64,000 bases of DNA from a virus. Lineage: Duplodnaviria; Caudoviricetes. This document shows positions 19,741 through 29,363 of the stretch, in pieces. The notes beneath the pieces are model-generated. The model was not told the DNA's origin and did no database searches. It was given only the letters and a program-made list of their open reading frames with translations. The first letter of the stretch is position 1; the number at the start of each line of letters is the position of its first letter. The DNA is taken from positions 23,925-87,924 of IMG/VR virus record IMGVR_UViG_3300037067_008333; one strand, written 5' to 3'. A program made the translations under genes and the position numbers.

Positions 19741-20424
19741 TTAATCTGGTTTTTCGAGATCATCAAGAATTATACCGGAACCGAGTAGTTTATCTTTGGC
19801 TTTATTTTTTAATTCCTGTAAGTAGACTCTATGAATATCTAAAAGCTCCGATATTTCATCCATGGTTAGTTTTTTTCCATACGATAAGTATAAAATGTAT
19901 TTTTCTAATTGAGTTAATGGAGTTTTTTCAGTTAAACATATATTCTCATATTCCTTTATGTCTTTATAGTTTTCTTCTATATCTTCATCAGATTCTATGA
20001 AGTGAGTATTAACTGAATTCAGGGCATCATGGCTAAGATAAGCAATCCATTCTTTAACCATAAACTTATAATATTGTGATAGATATCCAACGAAATATGG
20101 TCCTTCTTTACGTCTAGTGAACAGTTTTATACTTTCCAAGAAAATCAAATAAAGCTGATTAAATATTTCAGAGAAATCCCAGGTGTCGAATATTTTAAGT
20201 ATGGGGCTGTTATGAATATCTGATATATTAAGCATCTTCATAAGACTGTGAAGATCTTTATCTTTTGGGAAGGCTTTGATATATCTATATTTTAGAAAGT
20301 GCGCGTATTTTAAAATAAAACCTTCAAATGCTTTGAATATTTCCAGTGATACTTCAGGGGTTGGTGTTTTTTTATATTCAGCTATAAGTTCGTCTATCTC
20401 TTTCCTGGTGTAAATTTTATTCAT
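19741..20424 (-). CDS. Phage-encoded sigma70-family (group 3/4-like) sigma factor
   Basis: Region-2-like helices (FNQLYLIFLESIKLF, F..Y) and region-4 HTH LTQLEKYILYLSYGKKLTMDEISELLDI. Confidence 0.75.
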   Translation of the reverse strand: MNKIYTRKEIDELIAEYKKTPTPEVSLEIFKAFEGFILKYAHFLKYRYIKAFPKDKDLHSLMKMLNISDIHNSPILKIFDTWDFSEIFNQLYLIFLESIKLFTRRKEGPYFVGYLSQYYKFMVKEWIAYLSHDALNSVNTHFIESDEDIEENYKDIKEYENICLTEKTPLTQLEKYILYLSYGKKLTMDEISELLDIHRVYLQELKNKAKDKLLGSGIILDDLEKPD

Positions 20425-20777
20425 AGAATACCCTTTTGTTTTCTTTTAATGTAATCTTCAGTTTGCATGTAATCTCGACTATAAGTATATGTATTAACTT
20501 GTGGAGTTTTTACAAGTAATTTAATTTTAACTGGACTGAAAATTGTTGTTTGTTGAATAAATAAAAATAACGTTTCCCATTCTTTATCATCCTCGACATA
20601 TTTGAAATTCGATGTTGATATTATGCGGCCGGCACCCCATTCTATCTTTTCAATGTATTTAGCTCCATCGTATACATTTAAAAGCGCTGCATAGTCTTTT
20701 CCACAATCACTAAGGATACCCATACATAAAAATCGTGGATCATTGGTGGCACATGGTTTATCTGTAACTAATTGCAT
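20421..20777 (-). CDS. Hypothetical protein
   Basis: 118 aa, coupled by overlaps to both neighbours. Confidence 0.5.
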   Translation of the reverse strand: MQLVTDKPCATNDPRFLCMGILSDCGKDYAALLNVYDGAKYIEKIEWGAGRIISTSNFKYVEDDKEWETLFLFIQQTTIFSPVKIKLLVKTPQVNTYTYSRDYMQTEDYIKRKQKGIL

Positions 20778-21511
20778 TATAGTTTCCTGTAATAGTTCCC
20801 GGTTGTTTTCGTTTCCGCGGAAAGTCGTTTATATATTTCAAAGCTTGCTTTTCGTTCCATTTCTTTTTCATCCTCACTCATGATTTTAGGTACTTTTCCT
20901 ATTTCTATGGGAATAATATATTTCTGTGATTCAAGAACATGTGGTATACCTTGATTTTTTGGTAATAAACCAACATTTGTTATACGATCAAATTGTTCTC
21001 TAGCACCATAATAATATCTAGTGAATCTATCATCAATACCACCCACCTTTTCTATGACTCTTCTAGTGTAATATAATAATTGTGATGAATGTTCTTTCAT
21101 CCATGCAACTTGTATATTTCCAATAGAATCAATTTGCAATGGTGGTTCTTCCATAAGGTTCAATTTTTTATAGGTAAAGTATGGAATATTTGAAAGAGCA
21201 GATGCCAGGGTATACAATTCAACCCAGTTGGGACTAATGATTTCCATGTCATCTTCAATGATAAACATAGCATTGAATTGTGAGAATCTTCTGATAATCC
21301 TATTCTTATTTCTGTTAGGTCCTACCGTGGGGCCATAAGTGAACTCAATTCCCTCTTTCATGAGCATTTCTACGGTTCCATCTGTGGATCCATCTACCGC
21401 GCAAAATAGGTGATATGATATGTTCTGTGTATTTTTCCTGATGCTATTAATAAGGATCTTCAGGCTTTCTTTTCTGTTGTACGTGGTGATTCCCAATCCT
21501 ATCCGTATCAT
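20777..21511 (-). CDS. Glycosyltransferase, GT-A fold (GT2-like)
   Basis: ITTYNRK, DGSTDGT, IEDD, VGGID motifs. Likely start MIRIG at 21511. Confidence 0.75.
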   Translation of the reverse strand: MIRIGLGITTYNRKESLKILINSIRKNTQNISYHLFCAVDGSTDGTVEMLMKEGIEFTYGPTVGPNRNKNRIIRRFSQFNAMFIIEDDMEIISPNWVELYTLASALSNIPYFTYKKLNLMEEPPLQIDSIGNIQVAWMKEHSSQLLYYTRRVIEKVGGIDDRFTRYYYGAREQFDRITNVGLLPKNQGIPHVLESQKYIIPIEIGKVPKIMSEDEKEMERKASFEIYKRLSAETKTTGNYYRKL

Positions 21512-21519
21512 ATTTTCTC

Positions 21520-22491
21520 CTATATAAATTTCTGATGCATCAACTTTCCAGAATCCCATAAAAGATTAAGGATATTATTATAGTCAGAATAGTAACATTT
21601 TACACACCTGCTACCATCGAAGTATTTTTGTTGTGCATATACTTGATACATATCATCTGCGGTAGACATTACAAATTCTTTAGTAAAATCGTAGGATGGT
21701 TTCTTTTGCGCGTACTGGATTCCACAACATGGAAGCCAGTTTCCCAAAGGATCAATGTTTGGTTTAAGAAGACTAATAAGACAGCGTTTATGACCTTTGG
21801 TATAATTTTTTCGGCCTTGATATATAACTCGGCAATCGTTTACATCGTTATAAGAGATAAAATCTTGTACTTTATCTATATTTGAAGCTTTATTGGATAG
21901 TATATTATCCACAATACGAATATGGCTGAAGTTGTATTTATTAGCGTATATAATACAATTTAGTAGATTTCCCAGGTTATCGTTATCAGTAAGTACATAA
22001 CTAAAAGCCCAATCAATTTTAGCTTCCATTAATGGTGTGAGATGCTCTTTATTTAGTTTTTGTTCGTCACTGACGGATATTCTACACCATGTAAGTTTCT
22101 TCAATGATTCCATTTTTAGTTTATTAAATAAGACCCCATTGGTGACTAATCCGATATCTATATGTTTTTTGGTAATATAGTCAATTAGTTCATTGATGTG
22201 TGGGTATGCTAGAGGATCTCCACCACCTGTTATTGTGATAGCTTCCGTTCCCATGATATGAAATTCATTAATTATTTGTTTAGCGAGATCTAGATCCATC
22301 ACATCTTTTTTATTACGTTTATCACAACTACAAAAAGAACAATGTAATGGACATACATTGGTTGGATTCAACTGAACGTGTATGGGACGGATGGTATGCT
22401 CTTTTACTAATTTTATAATGCTTTCGTTTGAGATAATCTTCTTCGGTAACGTGCTTGCCGCTGTAAAGGAACTAATGTCAAAACCTGTCAT
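21520..22491 (-). CDS. Radical SAM / SPASM-twitch enzyme
   Basis: CPLHCSFC, TGGGDP, TNG, C-terminal C..PCC and C..C. Confidence 0.85.
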   Translation of the reverse strand: MTGFDISSFTAASTLPKKIISNESIIKLVKEHTIRPIHVQLNPTNVCPLHCSFCSCDKRNKKDVMDLDLAKQIINEFHIMGTEAITITGGGDPLAYPHINELIDYITKKHIDIGLVTNGVLFNKLKMESLKKLTWCRISVSDEQKLNKEHLTPLMEAKIDWAFSYVLTDNDNLGNLLNCIIYANKYNFSHIRIVDNILSNKASNIDKVQDFISYNDVNDCRVIYQGRKNYTKGHKRCLISLLKPNIDPLGNWLPCCGIQYAQKKPSYDFTKEFVMSTADDMYQVYAQQKYFDGSRCVKCYYSDYNNILNLLWDSGKLMHQKFI

Positions 22492-22514
22492 AATATCTCC
22501 TTATCTTTATGTCC

Positions 22515-22552
22515 TTTGTATTATAATATATACAAATATTGATTTTTTTCAA
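22515..22552 (-). promoter_or_regulatory. Possible internal promoter with overlapping palindrome
   Basis: Minus strand TTGAAA about 16 bp before TATATT, plus TATAAT, inside a 7-bp inverted repeat tttgtat...atacaaa in a short intergenic gap. Confidence 0.3.
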
Positions 22553-22995
22553 CCAATTTTTTTCTTGAAAAAGGAGATGTAATCACTACAGAGTCCGAAA
22601 ACATTTCTATATTCTATTTTCATATTTTTATCCTGGGGTAGACAGATGCAAGGATGGCAACATTTTATTTCTTTACCTGGATAGATCCAGATGATTCCCT
22701 TTGACGTAAGAGTAGCCGCATCAGTATTATGGTAGAATGTATTGAGCTTTAATCGCATCAATTCGGAAAGTGTTTGGAGGTCTTTAGCATGACACCAGAG
22801 ACCTTTCATAGATAGGAATGTTTGCGGGATATTGTATTGAGGAAAATCATGGCCCAGGAAGAAATTGATACCGTTGAACCACACATCAATCTCAACATCA
22901 TATCCTTTATTGAGTACACTGATGATGCGCCGGGGTTTATTTTCTTGGTTTGGTACTCGGCCGTTAATGTTCCCGCGGTGACTGATAAATATCAT
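22549..22995 (-). CDS. GDPD-like (glycerophosphodiester phosphodiesterase fold) small protein
   Basis: ISHRGN, VEIDVW, LGHD, WCHAK motifs. Confidence 0.7.
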   Translation of the reverse strand: MIFISHRGNINGRVPNQENKPRRIISVLNKGYDVEIDVWFNGINFFLGHDFPQYNIPQTFLSMKGLWCHAKDLQTLSELMRLKLNTFYHNTDAATLTSKGIIWIYPGKEIKCCHPCICLPQDKNMKIEYRNVFGLCSDYISFFKKKIG

Positions 22996-23708
22996 GGTTT
23001 TGACCTTGATGTATCAGTATGTTGGTGATAAATAATACCATCACTATAATTATAAGAGTAATAGACATTATCTTCATTGAGTCGTATTACTTTTTTATGA
23101 AAGTCGGGGCCCGTACATCTTGATAGTTCATCTCCCAGACATTGTTCGGAAGTATATTTATTGGTAATTGGAATTGATGCAAATGTTTTATGTTGACATG
23201 CAAATTCTCCATCAATAATAAATATACTACATGAAAAATCAGCTATATTCATGTGTTGATAACGACCTCCACATTTTCCAAGTAAGGGATTTGAATCCAC
23301 AGCGTGAAATGATTGTCCAATAGCCTGAGAAACAGCAGCTATAGCACCGCGACTCTTAATTTTTTTATAAAGTCTGTCAAAATTTGTGGCATCGGTGATT
23401 ACGGTATCTCCAGTGAACGCAACAATGTATTCGGTATTTTGTTCAAGGGAATAAAATGTGGAAAAACCCAATGAATAGTTACGGGAAATAGCATAGGATG
23501 GAAGTTCAAATCTGTTATAAATAGTGCCAAGATTCGGAAGGTGATAATATTTATTAACCAATTTTTTGATCTCTTGTAATTCGGACGATTCTTTGTCATA
23601 GGAATGACAAAGAATGATACAAGTATCTTGAAAATTATTTCGAATGTTTCTCAAGGAACTAAGTACCTGTTTATGTTCATCATACATTGTACACACGAAT
23701 GTTTTCAT
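22992..23708 (-). CDS. Hypothetical, possible GT-A fold glycosyltransferase
   Basis: 238 aa, beta-strand N-terminus, FTGDT, EQCLG. Cluster context. Confidence 0.4.
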   Translation of the reverse strand: MKTFVCTMYDEHKQVLSSLRNIRNNFQDTCIILCHSYDKESSELQEIKKLVNKYYHLPNLGTIYNRFELPSYAISRNYSLGFSTFYSLEQNTEYIVAFTGDTVITDATNFDRLYKKIKSRGAIAAVSQAIGQSFHAVDSNPLLGKCGGRYQHMNIADFSCSIFIIDGEFACQHKTFASIPITNKYTSEQCLGDELSRCTGPDFHKKVIRLNEDNVYYSYNYSDGIIYHQHTDTSRSKP

Positions 23709-24823
23709 ATAATCTCCACTTGTGGATTAATAGATTTTAGTTTATTGATAATTTCTTGATTATAAATTCCCATTCTACATATAACAATGGGATTAATATT
23801 ATCTTTGATGCATTCTGGATTATATATTGGAAAGGTATATCCGTAAAGGAACTTACCCTGTTTTAATTTCGAGTTATCCAGAAAAGCTTGAATATTAAAC
23901 ATTTGCAATCCTGATTGTAGAAGATATTGTGAAGCTGAATGAGCGGCATAAAGGTAGACTTCTTTCTTACCCTTTATTTTTTGGTTTACTTCACGCATAT
24001 CTTTTTGGATATTATCAAAAAACGTATATAATCTACTTATAGCTGATCTATTGAATGGAGCTGGTAGATTAAGTTTATTTGCTTTCTGAGCTGCAACGAA
24101 TATGGCGTGGTTTTTATGGTGGATGAGATTCACAATTCTAAATCCAGTATTTGCAATCATAGCTTCAAGACCGGATTGCGTTAGGTAATATGTGTGTTCA
24201 AAGTGCATATTATAAGGTGGCATTAAATCATGATCGGCAATATATTCCATATTAGGGAATGAGAGAATAATTTGTCCGTTTTCAGGAAGAATATCATAAA
24301 GTTTTTCTAGTATTTCCCGGGGTTGGTATAGATGCTCTAAAACATGTGAAAATACTACTGTATCTACCTTTTCCTTTATTAGTGTACTAGTATCAAAATA
24401 GGAATGTTTTATAGTTAATTTATCAGATATGATTGCATTGGGTGATGGAGTTTGTTCGTATATTGTCCAATGTTCCAAAGATTCATTGTTCACTTTTGAA
24501 AATAGTTCACCCGTTGGACTTCCAATTTCCAGGACATTTTTTGGATTATGTTTTTTAATGAATTCACTAAAAGCTTCCATGTGAGTTTTCCATGTTTCAC
24601 CGACAGTTGTATAATTAAGATTAACCATATAAACACGGTATGGTTCGGCCAAATAACCAAGTTGAATTGTTTCACATTTACGGCAGAAACAAAATTGCAA
24701 CACTTCGAAATCATCTACTACGGGTTTATCTAAACAACTCATTGAAACTGGCATGGATATTTCTCTGAATGGGATCAGTTGAATATCTCCACAGAATACA
24801 CATTTATCTCGTTTTATCATCAT
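23705..24823 (-). CDS. NDP-hexose C-methyltransferase-like SAM-dependent enzyme
   Basis: N-terminal Zn motif C..CG...C..C, LEIGS, SHVLEH, EH.YY, C-terminal LDNS..KQGK.LYG domain. Confidence 0.75.
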   Translation of the reverse strand: MMIKRDKCVFCGDIQLIPFREISMPVSMSCLDKPVVDDFEVLQFCFCRKCETIQLGYLAEPYRVYMVNLNYTTVGETWKTHMEAFSEFIKKHNPKNVLEIGSPTGELFSKVNNESLEHWTIYEQTPSPNAIISDKLTIKHSYFDTSTLIKEKVDTVVFSHVLEHLYQPREILEKLYDILPENGQIILSFPNMEYIADHDLMPPYNMHFEHTYYLTQSGLEAMIANTGFRIVNLIHHKNHAIFVAAQKANKLNLPAPFNRSAISRLYTFFDNIQKDMREVNQKIKGKKEVYLYAAHSASQYLLQSGLQMFNIQAFLDNSKLKQGKFLYGYTFPIYNPECIKDNINPIVICRMGIYNQEIINKLKSINPQVEII

Positions 24824-25535
24824 TCCTCCTCAAGTATATTTCCAGATCTTCTGGAGTGCCTATTCCCCACATTTCATTCACCATGTACGGAAGAACCATT
24901 TTACTCATTCCTATAAGTTCGTTGAACACCGGGCATGTGTAGAACTCATTGTTGACCCTAATGTTTTTGGCAATCATTTGTTCCGCGGCTTGAACAAAAT
25001 CACTTCCTCGTTTGAAATAATAGATACCCACTGTAGCTAGATTACTAATAGGATCTTTCTCTGCAACTCGTATGATCCGTTCTTCCTTTACTTCGGCGTA
25101 GCTCCATTTTTTTCCTTCTGCCAGGAAACAAAGAATTCCACCGTCTGCTTTTTTAGATTCGAAGTATCGTGCTGAGAGTGTCATATACATGTAATCTTTT
25201 ACGATTTGATCACAATTTGCCAGTATTAATTCTTGATCGTTGTTAATGTACTTTTTTGCAAGAAGGATGGTGCACGCTGCTCCTTCAGTAATTCCAGGAG
25301 TTAAAACAACATTGAAGTTAATATTATTTTTATCCATGATATCTATGAATCTCTCATAGTGTGTATACCAAAATTCTTCAAGACAAATAAATGTATATGT
25401 TCCATAGATGTTTAGATTTTTTACCACACGTTCAATCATCGGAACACCTTCAACGTTGATAAATGGTTTTGGTTCTTTGTATCCTTTTTCTACGAACCGG
25501 CTTCCCCGGCCGGCCATGGGGATAACTATTTGCAT
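24804..25535 (-). CDS. Sugar-phosphate nucleotidyltransferase-like protein
   Basis: IPMAGRGSRF...PKPFI, ANCDQ, AEK.PIS, NNEFY, GTPEDL. Confidence 0.8.
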   Translation of the reverse strand: MQIVIPMAGRGSRFVEKGYKEPKPFINVEGVPMIERVVKNLNIYGTYTFICLEEFWYTHYERFIDIMDKNNINFNVVLTPGITEGAACTILLAKKYINNDQELILANCDQIVKDYMYMTLSARYFESKKADGGILCFLAEGKKWSYAEVKEERIIRVAEKDPISNLATVGIYYFKRGSDFVQAAEQMIAKNIRVNNEFYTCPVFNELIGMSKMVLPYMVNEMWGIGTPEDLEIYLRRNDDKTR

Positions 25536-26146
25536 TTAAGTTCCTCGATTCTTTTTATGATATTTTCATAAGTAACTTCACTGCTGTTTTTAACACGGAG
25601 AACATGGGCTCCGGATGCCAAGGCTGATTTTATTCCGTTATCACTGTCTTCTACAATGAGTGTTTCAAGTGGTGATATTCCCATGAATGCCATTGCCTGA
25701 AGATAGGGAGACGGATTTGGTTTTGGGAATTTTGTTGTTTCATTTCCCTGGATGTATTCAAGATAATAATTTAGGTCGGATCGAACAAGCATCTCATAAG
25801 CTGTTTTGTAAATGCTATTTGTAACACATGCTTTTCTGTAATCTACGAGTTGGGCCATCATATCCACTTTTTGTGGGTCAGGTTTACATTGTGCATGAAT
25901 GATATTTAAGGTGTGATGTTGTTTAAGAATAAATATCTTATCATGATCGTTGTTTTTCAAGATACCTTCGGTTGTAAGCATTTTCAACTTTGTCTTTGTA
26001 GTGAGTCCATTGTATGTTTCGATGTGTTTATCATAAGGTATAACATAACCGCAAATGTCATTCAGAGCCCTATTGAGCGCCTGGTAATGCCAATCCTGTG
26101 CTTCTATAAGAACACCATCTAGATCAAACAATATACTGGTTATCAT
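25526..26146 (-). CDS. HAD-superfamily phosphatase
   Basis: FDLDGVL, TN, PKP.P, VEDS..G motifs. Confidence 0.85.
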   Translation of the reverse strand: MITSILFDLDGVLIEAQDWHYQALNRALNDICGYVIPYDKHIETYNGLTTKTKLKMLTTEGILKNNDHDKIFILKQHHTLNIIHAQCKPDPQKVDMMAQLVDYRKACVTNSIYKTAYEMLVRSDLNYYLEYIQGNETTKFPKPNPSPYLQAMAFMGISPLETLIVEDSDNGIKSALASGAHVLRVKNSSEVTYENIIKRIEELKCK

Positions 26147-27249
26147 TTGTAGAGCTTTTCGAGCATATCCTTGTTATCTTCAATCCACTTGAGTATCTTA
26201 ACATAACCCTGTTTTATGCCAACTATGGGTTCCCATCCGATATATTTTTTAATTTTACGGATATCGGATATATAAACACAGTGGTCTGCTTTTCGGACAT
26301 TAGGAACTATCGTCACTTCCGTTGTGTTTCCGGTTAGCTCAGCCAACATATCACATGCTTCCAAGAGCGATATGGATTTGTCACCACCTCCACCAATATT
26401 GAAAGCTTGGCCGGCAACATTGTCTATATTTTTCATTTCCATATCAACTAAGTTACATATGTCACTGATATAGAGTGCATCACGAACCTGTTTTCCGTTC
26501 CATCCAAATAGGGTCAATGGTAGGTTAAAACGGTAGGCGATAGCGAACCAGGTAACCCATCCCTGCTCACATTTTCCCCATTGCCGTGGGCCATAGAGAC
26601 AGCTGAACCGGTTGATAACAGTCTTGACACCAAAGGCGTCGAAATATTCCTGGCACATGAGGTCACCCATTACCTTGCTCAGACCATAGATACTGTGCTG
26701 ACCACCGTCAATAGTGAGTTCGTTACTGAATCCGTATCCATAAGTGAATCCCACTGGAGTTTTATAATCTGTATGATATCCGGCTGTAAGGTCCCAATTC
26801 CATCGTTTGTCGAATTCTTTCAATGGTATTGAATTGACAATATCTCCGCTATAAACCTTATTGGTTGACCAGTAGATGACTGCTGAACCGTTCTTCCTGG
26901 CAAATTCCAATACATTCAACAAACCAACGGTATTGTTGGTGATATCAAACATTGGATTCTTGTAGCCTTCCGTGGCGCTGGGTTGAGCACTGCATTCACA
27001 AATAAAGTCTACCCTTGGGAGTTGTTCAAAATCTTCTGGGCAACGTACATCTCCGTGAATAAATGTAATACCCCGCTCTTTTAAGGCTGGTAGATTGAAT
27101 TCACTTCCCCGGCGTACAAGATTATCCATAGCAATAACGTCGTGACCGCGCTCTTTGAGATAAAACGCTAAATTTGCACCTACGAATCCTGCACCACCCG
27201 TAATCAATATTTTCATGATGTCTCCTTTATTCATCTTTCCAATTGACAC
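26143..27249 (-). CDS. NAD-dependent epimerase/dehydratase, CDP-paratose 2-epimerase-like
   Basis: TGGAGFVG, DNLVRRG, STNKVY, YGLSK, QVRD motifs. Confidence 0.8.
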   Translation of the reverse strand: MSIGKMNKGDIMKILITGGAGFVGANLAFYLKERGHDVIAMDNLVRRGSEFNLPALKERGITFIHGDVRCPEDFEQLPRVDFICECSAQPSATEGYKNPMFDITNNTVGLLNVLEFARKNGSAVIYWSTNKVYSGDIVNSIPLKEFDKRWNWDLTAGYHTDYKTPVGFTYGYGFSNELTIDGGQHSIYGLSKVMGDLMCQEYFDAFGVKTVINRFSCLYGPRQWGKCEQGWVTWFAIAYRFNLPLTLFGWNGKQVRDALYISDICNLVDMEMKNIDNVAGQAFNIGGGGDKSISLLEACDMLAELTGNTTEVTIVPNVRKADHCVYISDIRKIKKYIGWEPIVGIKQGYVKILKWIEDNKDMLEKLYK

Positions 27250-28039
27250 CTATAGCTATACCACCATTGAATTGCTCATTAGTAACTAATTGACCATTTT
27301 CATCACGTCTATAATTACCCAATGAAGAGGATCCTGGTCGTGCCATGGTTTGAACATATGTATCTACTGTTGTTCCCCATTTCCATCCGAATTCATATCC
27401 TTTGTATTGCATGACAGCTTCATAACTGTGGGCATACTGAAGTGGAACTTTTTCTTTTTTCAGGTTGTTTACAAATCCTCCTATTTCATTGAAGAAACGT
27501 TTATTAAGAAACCAGTTACCTCCCCACTCTGATACGTAACCTTCTACTTTTCCATCTTTGCTTTTATACATTTCTGGTACATATTGTTTCATCTTCTCAT
27601 AATCGCCAGGTGCTGCCCAGTGATTGAAACCGGAAATTATTCTAACTTTATATTTTTCTGCCCATTCACTATCCAACATATCAACTAAAACATCGGTCCA
27701 TCCTGTACGATAAAATAAATCATCAGCACCTAAAAGCATATATGGAAATGCTGGATTAGAGTTGTCTATTCCGGCTTTATATGCTCTTTCCACACACCCG
27801 GTGAGTTCATGCACTGGTATATTTGCCCTGTGAGGTAAAAGTATTATTTTATCATATAATCCCTCATTTTTCATTTGTTGGTATTTTTCTACGTGGTTTG
27901 GTTCGCTACCGCCATCCACAATTACTATTTCTTTCGGTTCATATGAAGTTCTCAATTTTAAATTTCTCAGGCTTTCTTGCAACATATCTGGCCTATTGTA
28001 AGTTGGTATTATTATAGATACGCCTTTTAATTCATTCAT
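27227..28039 (-). CDS. GT2-like glycosyltransferase
   Basis: SIIIPTYNR, VDGGS, ADD. Confidence 0.75.
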   Translation of the reverse strand: MNELKGVSIIIPTYNRPDMLQESLRNLKLRTSYEPKEIVIVDGGSEPNHVEKYQQMKNEGLYDKIILLPHRANIPVHELTGCVERAYKAGIDNSNPAFPYMLLGADDLFYRTGWTDVLVDMLDSEWAEKYKVRIISGFNHWAAPGDYEKMKQYVPEMYKSKDGKVEGYVSEWGGNWFLNKRFFNEIGGFVNNLKKEKVPLQYAHSYEAVMQYKGYEFGWKWGTTVDTYVQTMARPGSSSLGNYRRDENGQLVTNEQFNGGIAIGVNWKDE

Positions 28040-28893
28040 ATAATCTCCTTAATATTTTTTATTTCTACGGCACATTTACCAGCTTCTAAAAATCTGTTAG
28101 CTTTTAATTTTACATCACAAGGATTACATGTTCCAAATTTATTACAAACTCTATAAATAGAATCGATTTGTAAATGTTTATTTGCGATGTTATCTATAGG
28201 ATATTCATCTTCGTATAAATCTCTATGACATTTATATATATTACCTTCGGGACCTATTAGTAGTTCATTACTTTTACATTCACACGATTTAATCACTCCA
28301 GATATTGATTCCGGATATTTATAATATCCAAATATATTGTTGTCATAATTTCCTAAAAAATCCTTTATAAAAAAATATATTTTTTTATTTCTGGCAATTT
28401 CTGACATTATTATATTATATTTTGTATTTAATGGGTGGTTGATACCGAATAATCCTATAGAAAATCCTGCGTCTTGTAAAGCTACACAACGTGATATTAT
28501 ATCATTTGGATCCATACTTATAGGATGATAACTTACACGTATAGATTTATAAGCCGCATTATCACAACTATAGAATATCGACGGAGATATTTTGGATATG
28601 AATTCATTGATATTAAATTGTAAATTCGTCAAGAGATCTATTTTTATTTCGGGTTTTAATAGTTTCACGAATTCATAAAAATCAGTTCGCGTAGTAGGTT
28701 CTCCCCCACCTATCGTTAGCGGTATATTGGTAAAGTCTATCATATTAAGATTTTCAGAAAGTTGTTTAATATCTATTTCAGTTCTATTTCTTTTTATTCC
28801 TGAAAAAGTATTAATACAGTATGGACATTTTAAATTACATTTTAATGTAAAATACAATTCAACATAGTTTATTGTTTTAGGTAGATTTATCAT
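28036..28893 (-). CDS. Radical SAM / SPASM-twitch enzyme
   Basis: CNLKCPYC, GGGEPT, TN, C..GNIYKC, C....C..C. Confidence 0.85.
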   Translation of the reverse strand: MINLPKTINYVELYFTLKCNLKCPYCINTFSGIKRNRTEIDIKQLSENLNMIDFTNIPLTIGGGEPTTRTDFYEFVKLLKPEIKIDLLTNLQFNINEFISKISPSIFYSCDNAAYKSIRVSYHPISMDPNDIISRCVALQDAGFSIGLFGINHPLNTKYNIIMSEIARNKKIYFFIKDFLGNYDNNIFGYYKYPESISGVIKSCECKSNELLIGPEGNIYKCHRDLYEDEYPIDNIANKHLQIDSIYRVCNKFGTCNPCDVKLKANRFLEAGKCAVEIKNIKEII

Positions 28894-29363
28894 TTTAGTT
28901 TTTTAAGAGTTAAAAATCCCGGGTTATTACTTTTATACATGTCTATCACCGCAGATTCAACTTCCTCCTTTGTAGTAGGTTCATACACTTTTATATTTGG
29001 TAATGATTTTATCATTTGAGTAGAATTAATATCCATGTGAGTTATTCCTTGTTCTGGATAATCACAATAACCAACAAGTTTAACATTTACATTTTGGGCC
29101 GATATATCTATTTTTATTTGTTCAAATGCTCTCTCCACAAGAAATGGTGTTATAGTATATACCCACGGGCGCAATCCTTTTAATGCCATCCCGGAAGCAA
29201 TACTTATCATTGATTGTTCTATTGTACCGAAATTTATGAATCTATCCGGAGAATTTTTTCTGAAATTATCAAATATACCAAACCCTATATCTCCTGCCAC
29301 AACATATACTCTATCATCATTCAGAGATACGTCAGCTAAAGTTTTTCCGAATATGTATCTCAT
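28890..29363 (-). CDS. Transketolase pyrimidine-binding subunit (short, lacks domain III)
   Basis: GDIGFG, G.IEQSM...ASG.A..G, RAFEQIK. Only 157 aa. Confidence 0.75.
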   Translation of the reverse strand: MRYIFGKTLADVSLNDDRVYVVAGDIGFGIFDNFRKNSPDRFINFGTIEQSMISIASGMALKGLRPWVYTITPFLVERAFEQIKIDISAQNVNVKLVGYCDYPEQGITHMDINSTQMIKSLPNIKVYEPTTKEEVESAVIDMYKSNNPGFLTLKKLK

